A stretch of DNA of 64,000 nt from Rhodosorus marinus CCMP1338 (taxonomy: Eukaryota > Plantae > Rhodophyta). Position 1 is the first letter of the stretch. Every line of letters begins with the position of its first letter. The notes beneath the pieces were generated by a model. It did no database searches, was not told the DNA's origin, and saw only the letters and a list, made by a program, of their open reading frames with translations. The stretch is from contig JAMWBK010000004.1 in assembly GCA_029953675.1 (NCBI GenBank), positions 2,604,001 through 2,668,000 of the forward strand, in the 5' to 3' direction. Below are positions 1-13,673 of the stretch, piece by piece. The translations under genes were made by a program, and so were the position numbers.

Positions 1-71
1 CCATATAGCGACAGGATCCAGAATCAAATTTTCCATCAACTCGGATAGCTACTTTCCGTTTCTAGAACGCC

Positions 72-455
72 TTGAGGCGGTGGACTCGACAACTCTCAAC
101 GAGAATAAAATCCAAGTCTAGAAGTTATCGCTCCAACGTCTCGGCGACGGAACGCTCCTGCTTGTGGTACTGGCAGCCAGTTCTTTGTAGAATCTTCTTC
201 TACGAGAAAGAATTTGATCCCGCAAAGACCTTAAGCCTTGAGCGCACAAGTGCAAGAGCTACGAAGCTTAAGCGCCGACATTCTCAAAGGCTTAAATCCA
301 TGGTGAAGAAGGTTGACAGTGACGTTGAAGAGGGACTGCAAACCTTGCAAGTCGACAGCGTTCAGGAGGAAATCGAAACGCTACATGTCTCGAGGATAAA
401 TGATGTGAGAAGAGGTAGCTTGCAAGGAACAGCAGATGGTGAGTTGGGACGTTAA
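72..455 (+). CDS. Possible 3' part of a hypothetical gene entering from the left edge
   Basis: 127-codon open frame with no ATG start and no recognisable domain; its stop lies 2 nt before the DPH4 ATG. Confidence 0.3.
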   Translation: MRRWTRQLSTRIKSKSRSYRSNVSATERSCLWYWQPVLCRIFFYEKEFDPAKTLSLERTSARATKLKRRHSQRLKSMVKKVDSDVEEGLQTLQVDSVQEEIETLHVSRINDVRRGSLQGTADGELGR

Positions 456-457
456 AT

Positions 458-961
458 ATGGTTGTAAATCATTATGAGGTTTTGGGTGTTGCCATGGACG
501 CCGATGAAACCGCAGTGAAGAAGGCGTTCAGGTCGCTTTCACTGAAGTACCACCCTGACAGGACAAGGTCGAACGATGCGGCGGACTTTCAGAGGCTAAG
601 GACAGCGTATGAAGTCATATCTTCATCTGAACTCCGTCTAGAGTATGACGCTGCACTTTTTCGTAGGTCCCATTCATTAGTTGATGCGAAAACTGGCTCG
701 TTATGGAATGATGATTCCAATGTACTCAACGTTGTGGCATGTTTCGGTGTCTTTGTAGAAGTTCAGCAGAGAATTGTATCCGACGAACTATTCCTGAGTG
801 AGATGGAAGAGACAACCGTGAATAACGCTCGGGCTTGGTGCTCACCATGTCGCTGTGGAGGATCCTATACTGTGACGGATGCGGATTTACGTTTGGGCAT
901 TAATATCGTCGGATGTGATACATGCAGTCTCGCAATTGAACTTATCGATGCGGTGAAGTAG
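458..961 (+). CDS. DPH4: DnaJ plus CSL zinc-finger protein (DPH4/DNAJC24, diphthamide synthesis)
   Basis: J domain (NHYEVLGV...KYHPD) followed by a CSL finger (CRCGGSY...GCDTCSL); intronless, 167 aa. Confidence 0.9.
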   Translation: MVVNHYEVLGVAMDADETAVKKAFRSLSLKYHPDRTRSNDAADFQRLRTAYEVISSSELRLEYDAALFRRSHSLVDAKTGSLWNDDSNVLNVVACFGVFVEVQQRIVSDELFLSEMEETTVNNARAWCSPCRCGGSYTVTDADLRLGINIVGCDTCSLAIELIDAVK

Positions 962-967
962 CGGGGT

Positions 968-2539
968 TCATTCGTAGTCCAGCCGATATCTTTTTCTACG
1001 GTTTTCCCCGGTACCAAATTGCTGAGGGACCCTTAAAGAATCCAGCTTGCCTTCGTCGTGTCGAATATTGTGTTTAAGGCAATGTTCCGGCAAAAGTTCC
1101 AATCTTCTCGTTGGAAATGCTTGTTTCTTGAAATGCTGCATGCTACCCGTAGGAAGCTCGGGCTGCACGCGCTTCTACAAGCTCACACGAATCCCTCGGA
1201 CAGGCATTCTTCAGCTGTCATCGATAGGGATTAGCGGAGAAGAAGAAAATGTCACACGTTGCACAGAGAGTTTTTCAAGCTTGTACGTTTTGATATGTTG
1301 TTGGAATGCGTGCTGATACCGGGGCTTGCTAGAGTTCTCCGCGATCTCTATGCTATGCATCGTTCGTAATTTCTAGATTACCCAAGTAGAACTGGACGAG
1401 ACCTGAACCCGAGCCTGATGAACCTGAGAGCTCTGATTGGAGTCTGCCTGATAGCCCCAAATCGGATTAAACAAGAAGATGCTTGTCTTCGCGACGAAGT
1501 TGTTTTGCCCTGGTCAGGCTTAAAATAGTGCCGACTTTTGAGCCTTTCGAAGGAAGTCCTTCCGACTGAGGTTCACATGCGCGATACCTCTTGTCTGATG
1601 AGGGAAGCTGAGGAATCTCTAGAGCACTTGTGGACAATGCCCAATTTCTTCCCGCTAAAAGGGGAGGCGGTCAATTTTATCTGCTTTCCTTTACAGAGCC
1701 AAATCTGACCCAGAAATGCGTGCTTGACTTATGTCAGCAAGCGGTTCCTAACACCTCTTCGTTCCAAAATCAAAATGATACATCTCTGTGCAAGTTATGC
1801 GTGTGAAATGAGTTTCCGCTGTGTAAGCTGGCGGTTGGAGTAGGCGGAGAACCTCTGTTGATCCATTCTCGGAGATACTTTCAGAGGCAGGTTATTGTGC
1901 ATTCCATTGCCTCTCTATATATTAAACCTCGCACTAAATTCATCACTTCTAGAGTTTGAGTCTTCCGTTGAGGTTTTGCTGAAAACTGATCAAAACTTCA
2001 ACAAGCTTGACGGGTTCGTTTGCCTTGGCTCGGATGTTTGACAAGTCTATCGGTATTGCCACAGTATTGCAGGTCTTCAATTCCACTTATGCTCTCCTAG
2101 CCCCACACCGCATTCAACAGACTTCTCGGTCTTCTATCGAGCATGCTCCGCAGAATGATCGAAACTTCATAACCCAATGAGAGGATTAGCCCTGGTTCAG
2201 GGGTTGGGCAAAAGCTTGTTGATACTCCAACATTGCCACAACGCGCTAGGACTGGATAATAGTACTTCCCGTTAGGAGTTGACCAATCCGTTGCCTCCTC
2301 TCCGCTCTGTTCAGAAGCAGCATCCATCAGTCTTGCATTAACTTCTCCATCAACCTGTGCAATAGTCCCCAAGGGAACATGAGCCAATGGACCATGCTTA
2401 CGATGGCCAAGAAAAATCTTCGAAACTTCAAGCAATTTAGATCCGTTCTCAGCCATCTTATATACTCTTCTTGACGGTTAACTCCATCCACGTCATCGTC
2501 ATTGGCTTTGATTGCAAGCACAGAAATGATATTATCCAA
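968..2539 (-). CDS. Hypothetical multi-exon gene, structure unresolved
   Basis: Several protein-like minus-strand frames (2327-2539, 2097-2456, 968-1168) with plausible GT-AG breaks; converges on the DPH4 stop and lies divergent from THF1 across an AT-rich spacer. No domain recognised. Confidence 0.35.
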
Positions 2540-3284
2540 TCATATCCGTATAAGTATCTCGGTAATAGCTGAAAATACAAAATAAAAACCGTAATCTATC
2601 CACGACGACCTCCCTGCCTTCCTTCCCATTGGTTCATCTTCTCCAAGAAACGCAAAAAAAAGACAACCCTAAGAAACCCCTCACCAACTGAAAACAACCA
2701 AATAAACGGTATAAAAATCTTCAAATACAATTAATATGCAGTATTAACAATAACGTCAACTGAATATAAACTATACGCGGCCCAAAGCTATTAATCCAAA
2801 AAAAAAACGGAACCTGTGCACTCGCGGTTGGATCTTCTCCAATACCCCCCCCCCCTCGCGAAATTTTCCGTCGGACCTCAATATCCTCAATAATATTTAT
2901 CCAAAACTATAATATGGCCGTACGGGTACGAAACTAATCCGAAGGGGAAGGGTTATTTCCAATCAATTTTAGAATGTTACAATATATTTTAAATTTTTGG
3001 TGTTACAGACTGTCCTATTTAATCGTCCTAGGAGGAGATTTTGTGTGGCTGTGGAAGATGCTTCCTGAATGGTTGGTTTCTTGAGGGTTTCTTTATTTTC
3101 CGATCCTTTTTGGGCCTGTCTTGCAGTGGGTGTCGAAGAAAGAATTGCTCTTTTCACAGACGAGAATGTGCGCGGTTTTTGAGGTTGGGATTATATATAT
3201 AGATTTGGTGCAGGGGGGATAGAGTAGGGAGAAGGAAGGGTAACGAGTGAGAGACGGAAGGGCGGGTAGGGGGAAGGTTTGTTC

Positions 3285-3304
3285 GTGTGTGTGTGTGTGT
3301 GTGT
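3285..3304. repeat. (GT)10 microsatellite in the THF1 leader
   Basis: Direct reading of the sequence. Confidence 0.9.
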
Positions 3305-3345
3305 TTGGTGTTGGGTGAAGGTGTTTTTCTTTTTTTGAGTTGAAG

Positions 3346-4424
3346 ATGGTAGGATTTGTGTCTGGGGGTTGGGGACTGAAGTCCTCAGGGGCTTCTGTGA
3401 GGGTAAACAAGAGGCGGACTGTTATGGTTGCACAAGAGATGGAAGCCAAGTCGAAGATGTGGGGGGATGGAACTGATGGATCTGCCTGCGTGCCGGCTGA
3501 TACTGACTTTGCCAAGAAATTTGAGAGCATCAGGGACGCCAAGGTTCCCACTGTAACTGACACGATGGCCAAGTTCAATGAGACGTTCGCTAGACCTGTA
3601 CCGTCCGTTTACAGATCGATTGTAAACGAAATTATTACCCTCAACCATTTGACGACTGTGTGCCCGATGTGGCACTATGACGCTGTTTTTGGCTTCGGGT
3701 TCACGGAAATTTTGGAGAAATATTTCTCCTTTTACCCTAGCGCAGAGGAGAAGGAGAAGCTCTTCTCCTGCATTGTTGGCTCATTGTCTGGATTGGACCT
3801 GCAGAAGATGAGAGATGTAAGTGTTGCTCAAAGCCTGCCCTCAACTTTGGAGATTCTCGATATCCTGTACTCTTCTCTAATGGTCCATCCATGTTTCTTG
3901 TGCTTGTCCAATCAGGATGCCAAAGCGGTGGAAGCGTTCGTCGCTGGGAAGACCGAGGACGAGGTCTTGGCCATGATCGAGTCAGGGAGCAGCGAGGGAC
4001 CTGTTCTCAGTGCTTTTCAGTACATTAAGGAATCCGAATTCTACGACTGGTACTATTCAAGAAACTTTGGCTTCGGCGTAATTTTCATCATTGAAAAACT
4101 TGGAGGGGAGTTGACTGATGCGAACGTCGAAAGATGGGCGAGGGCAATCGGTGCTTCTGAGGTACAGTTGGTTGCTAAACCTACAGTCGAGTGATGAACG
4201 CAACTCGCGCTGACAAGAAAGTGCTGTTTTCTGTGGACTCGTAGGTTAAGGTTAAGGACGAGTTAGGTGTGTATCTCTCGTCCTTGGAAAGATTGAAGCA
4301 GGCTGAGCAGATGTTTGCGGACTTGGCCGCGAGGGAGAAGAAGAAGGCTGCAGACCAACTCGCTGTTGACGCGAAGGCTGCCCTTCAAGAAGCTGAGGAG
4401 GCCAAGAAGGCCGTCGAAAACTAA
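3346..4424 (+). CDS. THF1: Thylakoid formation 1 / Psb29 protein, plastid-targeted
   Basis: Exons 3346-3816, 3916-4161, 4245-4424. MVGFV transit peptide; PTVTDTMAKFNETFARPVPSVYRSIVNEII, YDAVFGFGF and YYSRNFGFG motifs; charged C-terminal helix. Confidence 0.9.
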
Positions 4425-5557
4425 CTGACTCAGCTTTCGACATCGCGAACTGTGTATTTCGAGAAGACGAGCTTGACGCTCTTATAGGGTATTATAAGTC
4501 TTGCTGAGTTGCACAAAGCTACGCCTCAAGTTTTGCATACCACAGCGCAGAAGGACTGCAGACGAGATTGTGGCGGTCAAAATAGTCAATACTCTGGGTC
4601 AATGTTCAATTAAAATAAGCATGTTGATTTTACGCAAATCCAATGTTCGCACTTGCTGTCGTACAAGTCATTCACGCCCGAACCGCGCGTCTTGTGGCGA
4701 GTTGTTGAAGGGAGGCTTCTGCGGAAGGAGGAAATGCGTCACAGAAGCATTGTGAAGGCGTGGAATTAACAGACCAAAGTCGGCAGTGAGGACACTTAGT
4801 GAGCACTCAGGAGGTTACATTTGCATGGTTCTTGTTGAATCAGCGCCTAACCATTCCTCGCTATCGAGAACGGATCGAAGCGTCAAAACCTCTACAGCTC
4901 TGCGCGAGTTGCTTGAAGTCTCCGCCCGATAGGAAATCCACCCCGAAAAGAATTCAATACCGGCGATGTATCCGCAAATGCGACATTGACAGTTCTCTGT
5001 ATGAAGGTACGCAACTCATGCCACGGCTTTGCCGGACGCAGACACACTGAGGGGAGGAAAAGTAAGATACTATTAAATGGTTAGTAGCCGTACGACCTCC
5101 TCGGGTGCTTGTGATCCATCCAACCTCTTGAGAAGGGTTTCTTCCTACTGCCTCTTTCAAGCTTTACTCGCTCATGGTGGACTAGTCTTCCTCTATCGCC
5201 TTTGGTAGACCGCGTAGGCGGCGACGTGGGTCTGGAGGCGGTTTGATGCCATTGGGGAGGTGCAACTCTGCAACAGAATCTCGATCAAGGAGTGGAGATT
5301 TCCTGGGACGATGTGTTTCCCATGGCAGGTCTTTTAAGTTGATAACCCTCTATTAGAGAGGACAAGGGTGTTCAGAGCCGAAACTTTATGCAGCTCCTCC
5401 CCATGAGGTTCCTTATTTGAACAAGAACAACACTGGGGCTTTGCCTGTTAGGAAGACTCATCGTCTCGCTTGAGTTGTTCTCATGGGCACGTCTTGTTTG
5501 CTTTCGTTTCACGTGATCTTATAACGTTACTAGTGCATACTTTACATGACAACAAAA

Positions 5558-6233
5558 TCAGGGTTTGAAGATGCCAATGAATGGCAAATGTCGCATCGAC
5601 TGGTCATAGTCCAGTCCGTATCCAACGACAAATTGATCCGGAATTGTGAATGCGGTGTACTTGACGCTCAAATCTTTCGTCCTTCTCTCTGTCTCCTTCA
5701 GTAGCAGCGTACATATCTCGACTGAGGCCGGCTTCTTCTCAAATAAAATGGGTAGCAGCTTTTCCAACGTGTTTCCAGTATCAACAATATCCTCCACTAT
5801 AATAACGTGTCTTCCTGAAATATCAATACTCTGTATAGCGAACGAAACAAGCGCAGCAGAGTGGTCGAGAGGATAAGTTCTCAGCCGTCTGCCAATATTC
5901 TTACGTCCATCTTATCGTCTATATACTCACCTCCAACCCTTCCAGCTTAACCTTTCCAGTACTCTCCGTTCCCACATATGATTTCGCCCTCAGAAAAGCA
6001 ATCTCATGTTTACACTCAATCTCTCTGCACAGGTCTGACAGAAAGACGAACGATCCTGTCAAAATTCCCAACAGCAACGGGTCCTTTCCCTTACAGTCTT
6101 CCGCAATCTCTCTCCCAAGAGCTTCAATCCTTTCCCGAATTTTCTCAGCGCTAATCAGCACCGACGCAATCTCCCCCCTCACGTACTCAGGGACCTCATC
6201 CTGAACGCCCTTCATGCCATTCATTTCCACCAT
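5558..6233 (-). CDS. hpt: Hypoxanthine-guanine phosphoribosyltransferase
   Basis: Exons 6233-5931 and 5830-5558. LLGILTGSFVFLSDL, AKSY, PRPP motif IIVEDIVDTGNT, FVVGYGLDY. Confidence 0.92.
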
Positions 6234-8823
6234 CTTCGCCTGTTTCTTCTCACACCAACCCCTCACGAAATGCTTCTCCAAGCCCCCGCTCACCCCTCCT
6301 CACAAAAACAAAAACACTGTTCAAATACCACAAAGACCAAGCATTCCTACCTCCTCTCACCTCACTCTGAACTTCAAAGAAAAAGTTTTCTGCTCTCCTA
6401 CGCCCAAAGACCACCACCCTCACACCATTCCGAACTCTTTCCCTACAAACAAAACCATTCTGACACATCACCCATACTGATCATATCGATTCTTCGTACA
6501 TGAAACAATATATTTATATATAGTTTCATACCACGTATATATGAATAAATAAAATTAAAAACGGTATATGCATAAAATAACATTGAAATGTATAAAGATG
6601 ATATGTATATTTCAAATAGTTTAGTAGGTCGACGACGTAGGGGGGGGAGGGTAAGCGAGTTGTTGCTTTTTTGTCGAAGGGCTGATGGTTAAGAGGTAGC
6701 TCGTCCAAGAGCTGGGTGTCTGGAGGTACGTTGTTAGGCTTTTTTGAAGAAGCGATAAGACTTTGGACGACTGAAGACAAAAAAACACGAATAGTCATTG
6801 GAGGGAAAACACATCTGTGTTTGGTTTGGCTTTGTCCCCGGCGAACGGCAGCCTGTCGACTGGATGCTGCAAAGCAGCTTGCGATTGTACGAGCTGACGT
6901 GGGTAGCGTTGGATGACATGCCAATGCCACCCGAGCCTGAAGAATAGACTAAATCCACGGTGCCGCCCTACACGGGAAAATAACATCATAGCGTCCGTGT
7001 TGTGACGAGAGCGCCCTGGCGCTGGCCAAAGGAGCTCGGAAGACACAATGTTCTCCAGACGGGCGCTTCGTAAGCCTAAAAGATGTTGTCAATTAAAGCT
7101 CCCAGATGATCATTAGTAAATTACAACATGCCGGCAATCGATTTGCATGGAATCGAAAAGCTTCTACACTCCCACGCCAGCCCAACCCAAAGCACCCCCT
7201 CCCCCCCCTCCCAACACCAAAAAAATGTTTGGTGTACAATCTATAGTCCTTGCCGGTTCGGAAACTAACGGCTATGACGGCTCGCATCCCTCCATCCACT
7301 CATGGCCGTCTCTTCTAGCATAAAAAAAAACAGTCTACCTCAAAAATAAGTTTTAAACAAAATTCTCCACAAACGAATTGATAATAAAATAATTCAATAT
7401 TTGAGAAGAATGGACGTTGCCGCGAACACGGACGCTCGAGAATCCAATTATTCACTCTTGCGATTCATAACCACTATTCATTGGATGAAAGCATTCCAAC
7501 AACATTTCATGACTAGCTAGTATTATTCATATTTGAAATATAATAGTTGTATCTCTTTTATTTATTGTGTAATCAGATATTTGGAAAGCGTTTATTGGTA
7601 AGCTTCTTTTGATTGTGAAATGTAGAATATTAAATGAATTATGGCAATGGCTTGGATGTTCTTGGTGAAGGACAAAACTACTGATCTTGAGCTACATTGT
7701 AAAGGTGGGCGTGAGGCACATTGGGAGGGGGCGCCCATGTCAACAATTCTAACCGGCTCGTACAGATTCTGATACACTCTGGGGCCACCAAATTCTGATT
7801 CTGCTTTCCTATTAACCTCATCACTGGTGCAGGATTTTCAAAGGTGTCGACGAATGGATGCGATAAAGGGTCGAGCTTGTCAGACAACTTCTGTCGGATG
7901 TTGGTTAACGGTGTGGGAATACCGGCACGCTGCGGCGAGCAAGGATGGCTTTGCAGAACTGTGGCTGTAGGGAGGGAAATGAAAGCCTTCGGTTTAGAAT
8001 CAGTTGAGTAGTTTTTTCTATCCTGCATGTGTGATCGAGCGAGGAGCTCATGGGCAGAGGCCCCAAAGCCAAGTTGCCCCCCGAAATTCAGAGACCCATC
8101 GATTTTTTATCGTTCTCGACTGTTGGCACAAAACGTTCTCCCGGGGGAAGGGGCGGGGGCATGCCCACAAGCCGCCAGGGCTCCCTAAAACCTTTACGAA
8201 ATTGTATTTATAGTACAACGTAGTATTTCCTACTAGGAAAACTGGCCTACCTTTTTTGTAAGAAAAAAGCCTACCTCGCATTGTCAACAGAGGCGAATGT
8301 CTTCTTCATTGCAAGAAGACACTGAACGCGCACGAAGCGGGTCACGCGTAGTTGACTGATTCTAATATGAAGCTCGAGATGCAGAATATCATCAACGATA
8401 AAAACTTAGAATAATGATACAAGCCGGCGGGGTCTTAAAATGACTCACAAGTGCCGGAGACAACCCCCAAGCAGGCTGAGCTGCCACATCTGTCGTAGTT
8501 CCCATAACCTAAGATTGAGTCCAAAACCGAGTTCAGTCAAGTGCAAATCCTCTCAACTAAGGCTGGCGATGAGGGCATTCTTTCAATTTGACTCTATAGT
8601 CAGAATCGTTAAGCTTGATGACTAATTTTTTGGTTGAATACCCTAGCCCAAGCCTTGGAGGATAGCAATCTCCTCGTTCCCATTACCTGACCCCGAGACC
8701 GGTGAGAAAGGGAGCGGTGGAGTTGCAGCAGCTTTCAGAGGGGGAAAAAGCTGGAGTTAAAGTTAACGGATCAAATAGATCATTATTTGAGCTTGAATGA
8801 CGACGTGAGACAAGAGCTAAGGG

Positions 8824-9932
8824 ATGCTTTTGTTTTGCGTGACAGGCGCCTCTCAAGCTGGAGCGTTGAGCCATGTCAGCGGGAGGCCGTCGTCAGGAGC
8901 GGGATTGTGCGCCGCGCGAAGGAGTCGGCATTCAGAGCTCGTGATAGTGCATAATCGGCCGCAAGAGAAGCTCAGCGATGATTTCTCACTTGAGAAGCTC
9001 GGTTATATTGAAGTCGGAGTTCTTCTTGGGCCACATGGATACAAGGGTGCTGCCAAGGTAGACAGCTGGCCCTGGAAAATAATCCTCAAGGTCCTCACGG
9101 ATAAGCTGAAGTTCTTGTCTGCCTCTGCCATTCATGGTTAGGTGCGATCTTTGTCAGATTTTCCGAAGCAGAGGTTGGCGGAGGAGAACTCCCTTCGATA
9201 CCTCAAGTCACCTAATCGTCTGTATCCAAGACCGATAAAAATCCTCCGGGGCCAGAAAGCTGCTCAGGTATCTCGGAGCTCATGACCTCTTGGTTTAATG
9301 ATCTGAAACTCACATTTTCGGTGGCTACTCGTGCTCAAAACAAAATTTCAGGAAGAGACGTGGATAGTCTGGCTCGAGGGATTGACATCTCCGGAGGAGG
9401 TGAAGACTTTGAAGGGAGGAAGGATATGCGTCAAAGTTGGAGACAAGCCGAAGGTTAAGAGAGGAGAGTACTACGTACGCGATCTTGTTGGCTTAAAGGT
9501 AATATGATCTGGCCTGTTGTATCCTTCAGAGTGGTTAAAAACAGAAGAAAGGATCTGAAATTTGAGGTGAATGTACACTTTTGTACTGGCTAGGTCAGAT
9601 TGTATGGAAAGGGCGCTCTTCTAGGGGCCGTGAACGATGTTTATACTCATGAAGAGCTTACCAAGCACATCAGGAATCCTTCCAAAGTTGGGCATGATAT
9701 GCTCGAGATCATGATCGACGACAACGAGGAAGACCTTGTCCTGGTTCCGTTTGTGAAGCAGCTCGTACCGGTCGTGGATATCGAGGGCGGGGAGATTCTC
9801 ATAGACCCACCGGAAGGTCTTCTAGATGTGGCGAAAGTCAACCTCATTGTGAGAAGAGGCGCCCCAAGACTTTTCCTTCGAGCCGCTGAGGGAACTGCGT
9901 TGGAATCGGAGGAAGGCCGGAACGAGTCATAG
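8824..9932 (+). CDS. rimM: Organellar (probably plastid) ribosome maturation factor RimM
   Basis: Exons 8824-9057, 9142-9267, 9352-9498, 9594-9932. EVGVLLGPHGYKG, EYYVRDLVGL and LVPFVKQLVPVVDI motifs. Confidence 0.88.
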
Positions 9933-10544
9933 CAATGCCATGGAGAGGAACGTTAAGGCGGACTCGAGAGGCATATGAGGACTCAGTTGAATTATCTAGG
10001 GTATTAATTGACCATTAACGGGGGTAGCGTTGGAAGCTCAAAGTTGTATTGGGTACATCATCGGCAATGCTCCGGACAATAATGTATGGAGGTATCTATT
10101 TGGTCCAAAAAGGCTCCACTGATAGATGTTGAAGTATTTGACCGTTCTACAAACATCAACTCAACGGAGTTCGAGCTCACCAAGAAGATCTCTGGTGGGT
10201 ATCGTGCCATACCTACCACAATGAGTGTGGTCCAGAGTATAGCAGTAGTTTTTTCGAGAAGTGCACGTAAGCCAAGACGTCGCCAAGAACTGTCCATTCA
10301 ATCTACGCCTCCTCTTAAACAATATCCATGCTCATGGTCCCCATCGGTAGCCCCAACCACTTGAACTAGGCTTTTCGCCGCATAACAAAGCAAGATCGCG
10401 ACAACATGAGTACAAAGGAGATACATTGGATACCTTCATCGTGTTCGTCAAAAGCCTAAGCAAAACCCAACCTCTGTCATCTTCATGAGTCCAGCCTCGG
10501 AGCTGGGGCGCGAGAACGAAACAGGCAACTTTGGTAGGAAAAAA

Positions 10545-10617
10545 AGATCAGATGCGTTATGTTCTGAGTGTTCATCAAAGTACCAGCATCTGCAGCCTCT
10601 TTCATGATCATCAATCC
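10545..10617 (-). ncRNA. Candidate box C/D small RNA
   Basis: Minus strand: C UGAUGA (10613-10608), D' CAGA (10592-10589), C' UGAUGA (10577-10572), D CUGA (10551-10548), short terminal stem, then a T7 run. No target verified. Confidence 0.4.
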
Positions 10618-10667
10618 ATTGTTAGATGTGTTTGACTACCCTACGACCCTACGAGGCGCGTCGGCGG

Positions 10668-10676
10668 AAACCCTAG
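10668..10676 (+). promoter_or_regulatory. Telo-box-like motif AAACCCTAG
   Basis: Lies between the candidate C/D RNA and the LARP7-like gene. Telo-boxes are known promoter elements in plants; function here is inferred. Confidence 0.3.
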
Positions 10677-10812
10677 TGTGAATGTGTTAGGAATGGAGAG
10701 AGAGGGGTTGAGTGCAAGCTGGTAAGATTGGTAGGGAGAGAAAGGAATGGACGAGCTTGGACGAAGAAGCAAAGAATGAGAGTGAACGAAGAGGGCCTTG
10801 GGTGATCAGAAG

Positions 10813-12378
10813 ATGGAAACCCAGTTGGAGGAGGAGGAGAAGCGAATGGAGGGCCATTTGGTTAACTGGCTGAGCGGTGAGGTTGGGGGGAGCTCGATTA
10901 GTCTTGACAAAGATGGCTACGCTGAAGCTTCTTCTTTGGCATCGCTGAGACGATCCCGTAGGATGGGATTTAGCGTCGATATGATTCTCACCGTGGGAAG
11001 GAAGAGCAAGCTGCTGGAGGTGCACGAGAACCAGATTCGGAGGAGTCAGAGGGAAGCGAAAAAATCGGCTATTGTAAAGCTTCTGGAGTTTTGGTTTGGA
11101 GCACACAATTTGAGGCGTGACAAGTTCTTGGGCAAGCTCCTTAGAGAAGCAGCTGATGGTATGGTGTCGGTAGACAAGATCCTCACCTTCAACAAGGTAC
11201 GAAAATCTGTGCTCCCTCAGAGGAATGGCAACGGACTCCATGAACTGTTCTGATTCCGGAAATTTCTCCTTCCTGTACCGCCAGCTGAAAGTTTTGAATT
11301 CGACAAAGGAAGAGCTTTTGTCGGCCATGGAAGCTGTGCCGAGCTTGTTAAAGCTGTCGGAAAATCGTGAGAGAGTGGGCAGAGTCAAGCCGATGGAAGA
11401 GGAACCACTGCCAGAGGGGAATCCGGACCAGAGAACAGTTTACATAGAGACTATTTCACCTGAAACAACACATGAAAAGATCGCGGAGCTTGTGGAGGTA
11501 AGAATAATGGTATCATCTGGGTACATTCCTCAACAGCCCCTGAGTACTAGTCGATGTACGCCGTTTCTTTGTCACTCCTTTAGAAATTTGGAAAGGTTGG
11601 GTATATTTCAATGCCGCGATTCAAGGATGGTACGATTAAGGGCTTTGCCTTTGTTGAGTTTGAGCTAGAATCGTCAGCCAAAGCCTGTGTCGAACAGCGG
11701 ACTCTGAAAACAACTCACGATGAAGAGCTCATCGTCATTTCAAAGCTGCAATGGCTTGCAATGAAGGAGGAGCTCAAATCCGCTAGAAAGGAGAGAAAGG
11801 AGCGTGGAATGCACGCCAAGCAAGTTCAAAACTTTGGATATCCAATCGGAACGTTGGTCAAGGTTGGCGGATTGTCAGAAGCTGTGAAAAGACAGGAGAT
11901 ATATGACGCACTTCAGACAATCACGCCCGTTGCATTCGTGGATTTTAAACGGAGTACTCCGGAGATCTGCTTCGCTCGCTTCTACACAGCTTCATCAGCA
12001 TCAAAAGTTGAGGAGGCATTGAGCGGCGGCAGTTTACAGATAGGTTCTAGAAAAGTTGTCGCGAGAATTTTGACTGGACAGGAGGAAAGTGATCAATGGA
12101 AGATCATCCACAAGCAAACTGAGGAGAAAGAGGAAAAGAAGAAGAAAGGCGGTGGTGATCCGGCAACAAAAGAGGACGGGTCGGGAACAGAAGAACTCCC
12201 GCGTCAGGAACGCGCGTGGAACAAGGATGAAAAGGGCGAAAGGGACTTGGGCGAGTCAGAGGTACGTCTGAACAAAGATGTACAGGGCGATTCCAAAGGT
12301 GTAAAGCGGCCAGCAGAAGAGGACCCAGCTGAGCTCAATGAGAGCAAAAAGAAGAAAACGAAGAAGAGGACTACTTAA
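10813..12378 (+). CDS. LARP7: La-related protein, LARP7/p65-like (La motif, RRM1, C-terminal RRM2/xRRM) with an extra N-terminal La-like motif
   Basis: Exons 10813-11196, 11285-11497, 11584-12378. LEFWFGAHNLRRDKFL La motif; RTVYIE and YISMPRFK..KGFAFVEFE as in LARP7 RRM1; second RRM GTLVKV...VAFVDF; basic tail. Confidence 0.82.
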
Positions 12379-12564
12379 CACCGGGAGAAAAGAACAGCGG
12401 TCCGTGAGCTCACTATGTTTCTCGCCTGCTGGAGACCCGTTAACGATAGGTGTGACGGCTCTCATGTATCATAACTAAAGATGAAGTGAAACACTAGAGG
12501 GAAGCTGCCTTGTTGGGATCGAAGCTCTTATTCCTCATCTGGACACACAACTTATCTCATTTTA

Positions 12565-13673
<1,109 letters not shown>

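Noticed and set aside
1400-1430. GAACCTGA resembling a TPP riboswitch core
   Set aside because: The other TPP elements (CUGAGA...AUACC and the 3' GCGUAGG) are not arranged correctly.
3817-3915. THF1 intron 1 is 99 nt, in frame and stop-free, so the ORF track reads through it
   Set aside because: It has canonical GTAAGT and CAG ends and the insert breaks family similarity; treated as an ordinary intron.
4500-5550. Short ORFs between the convergent THF1 and HPRT genes, including a PPDRKST string reminiscent of copia RNase H
   Set aside because: No coherent exon chain or further retroelement motifs; a single short motif is expected by chance.
6660-8700. Scattered ORFs (e.g. 7678-8028 with FVDTFENP) and two small hairpins at 8225-8270
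   Set aside because: No recognisable domain; similarity to copia RT is too weak; the hairpins are AT-rich and short.
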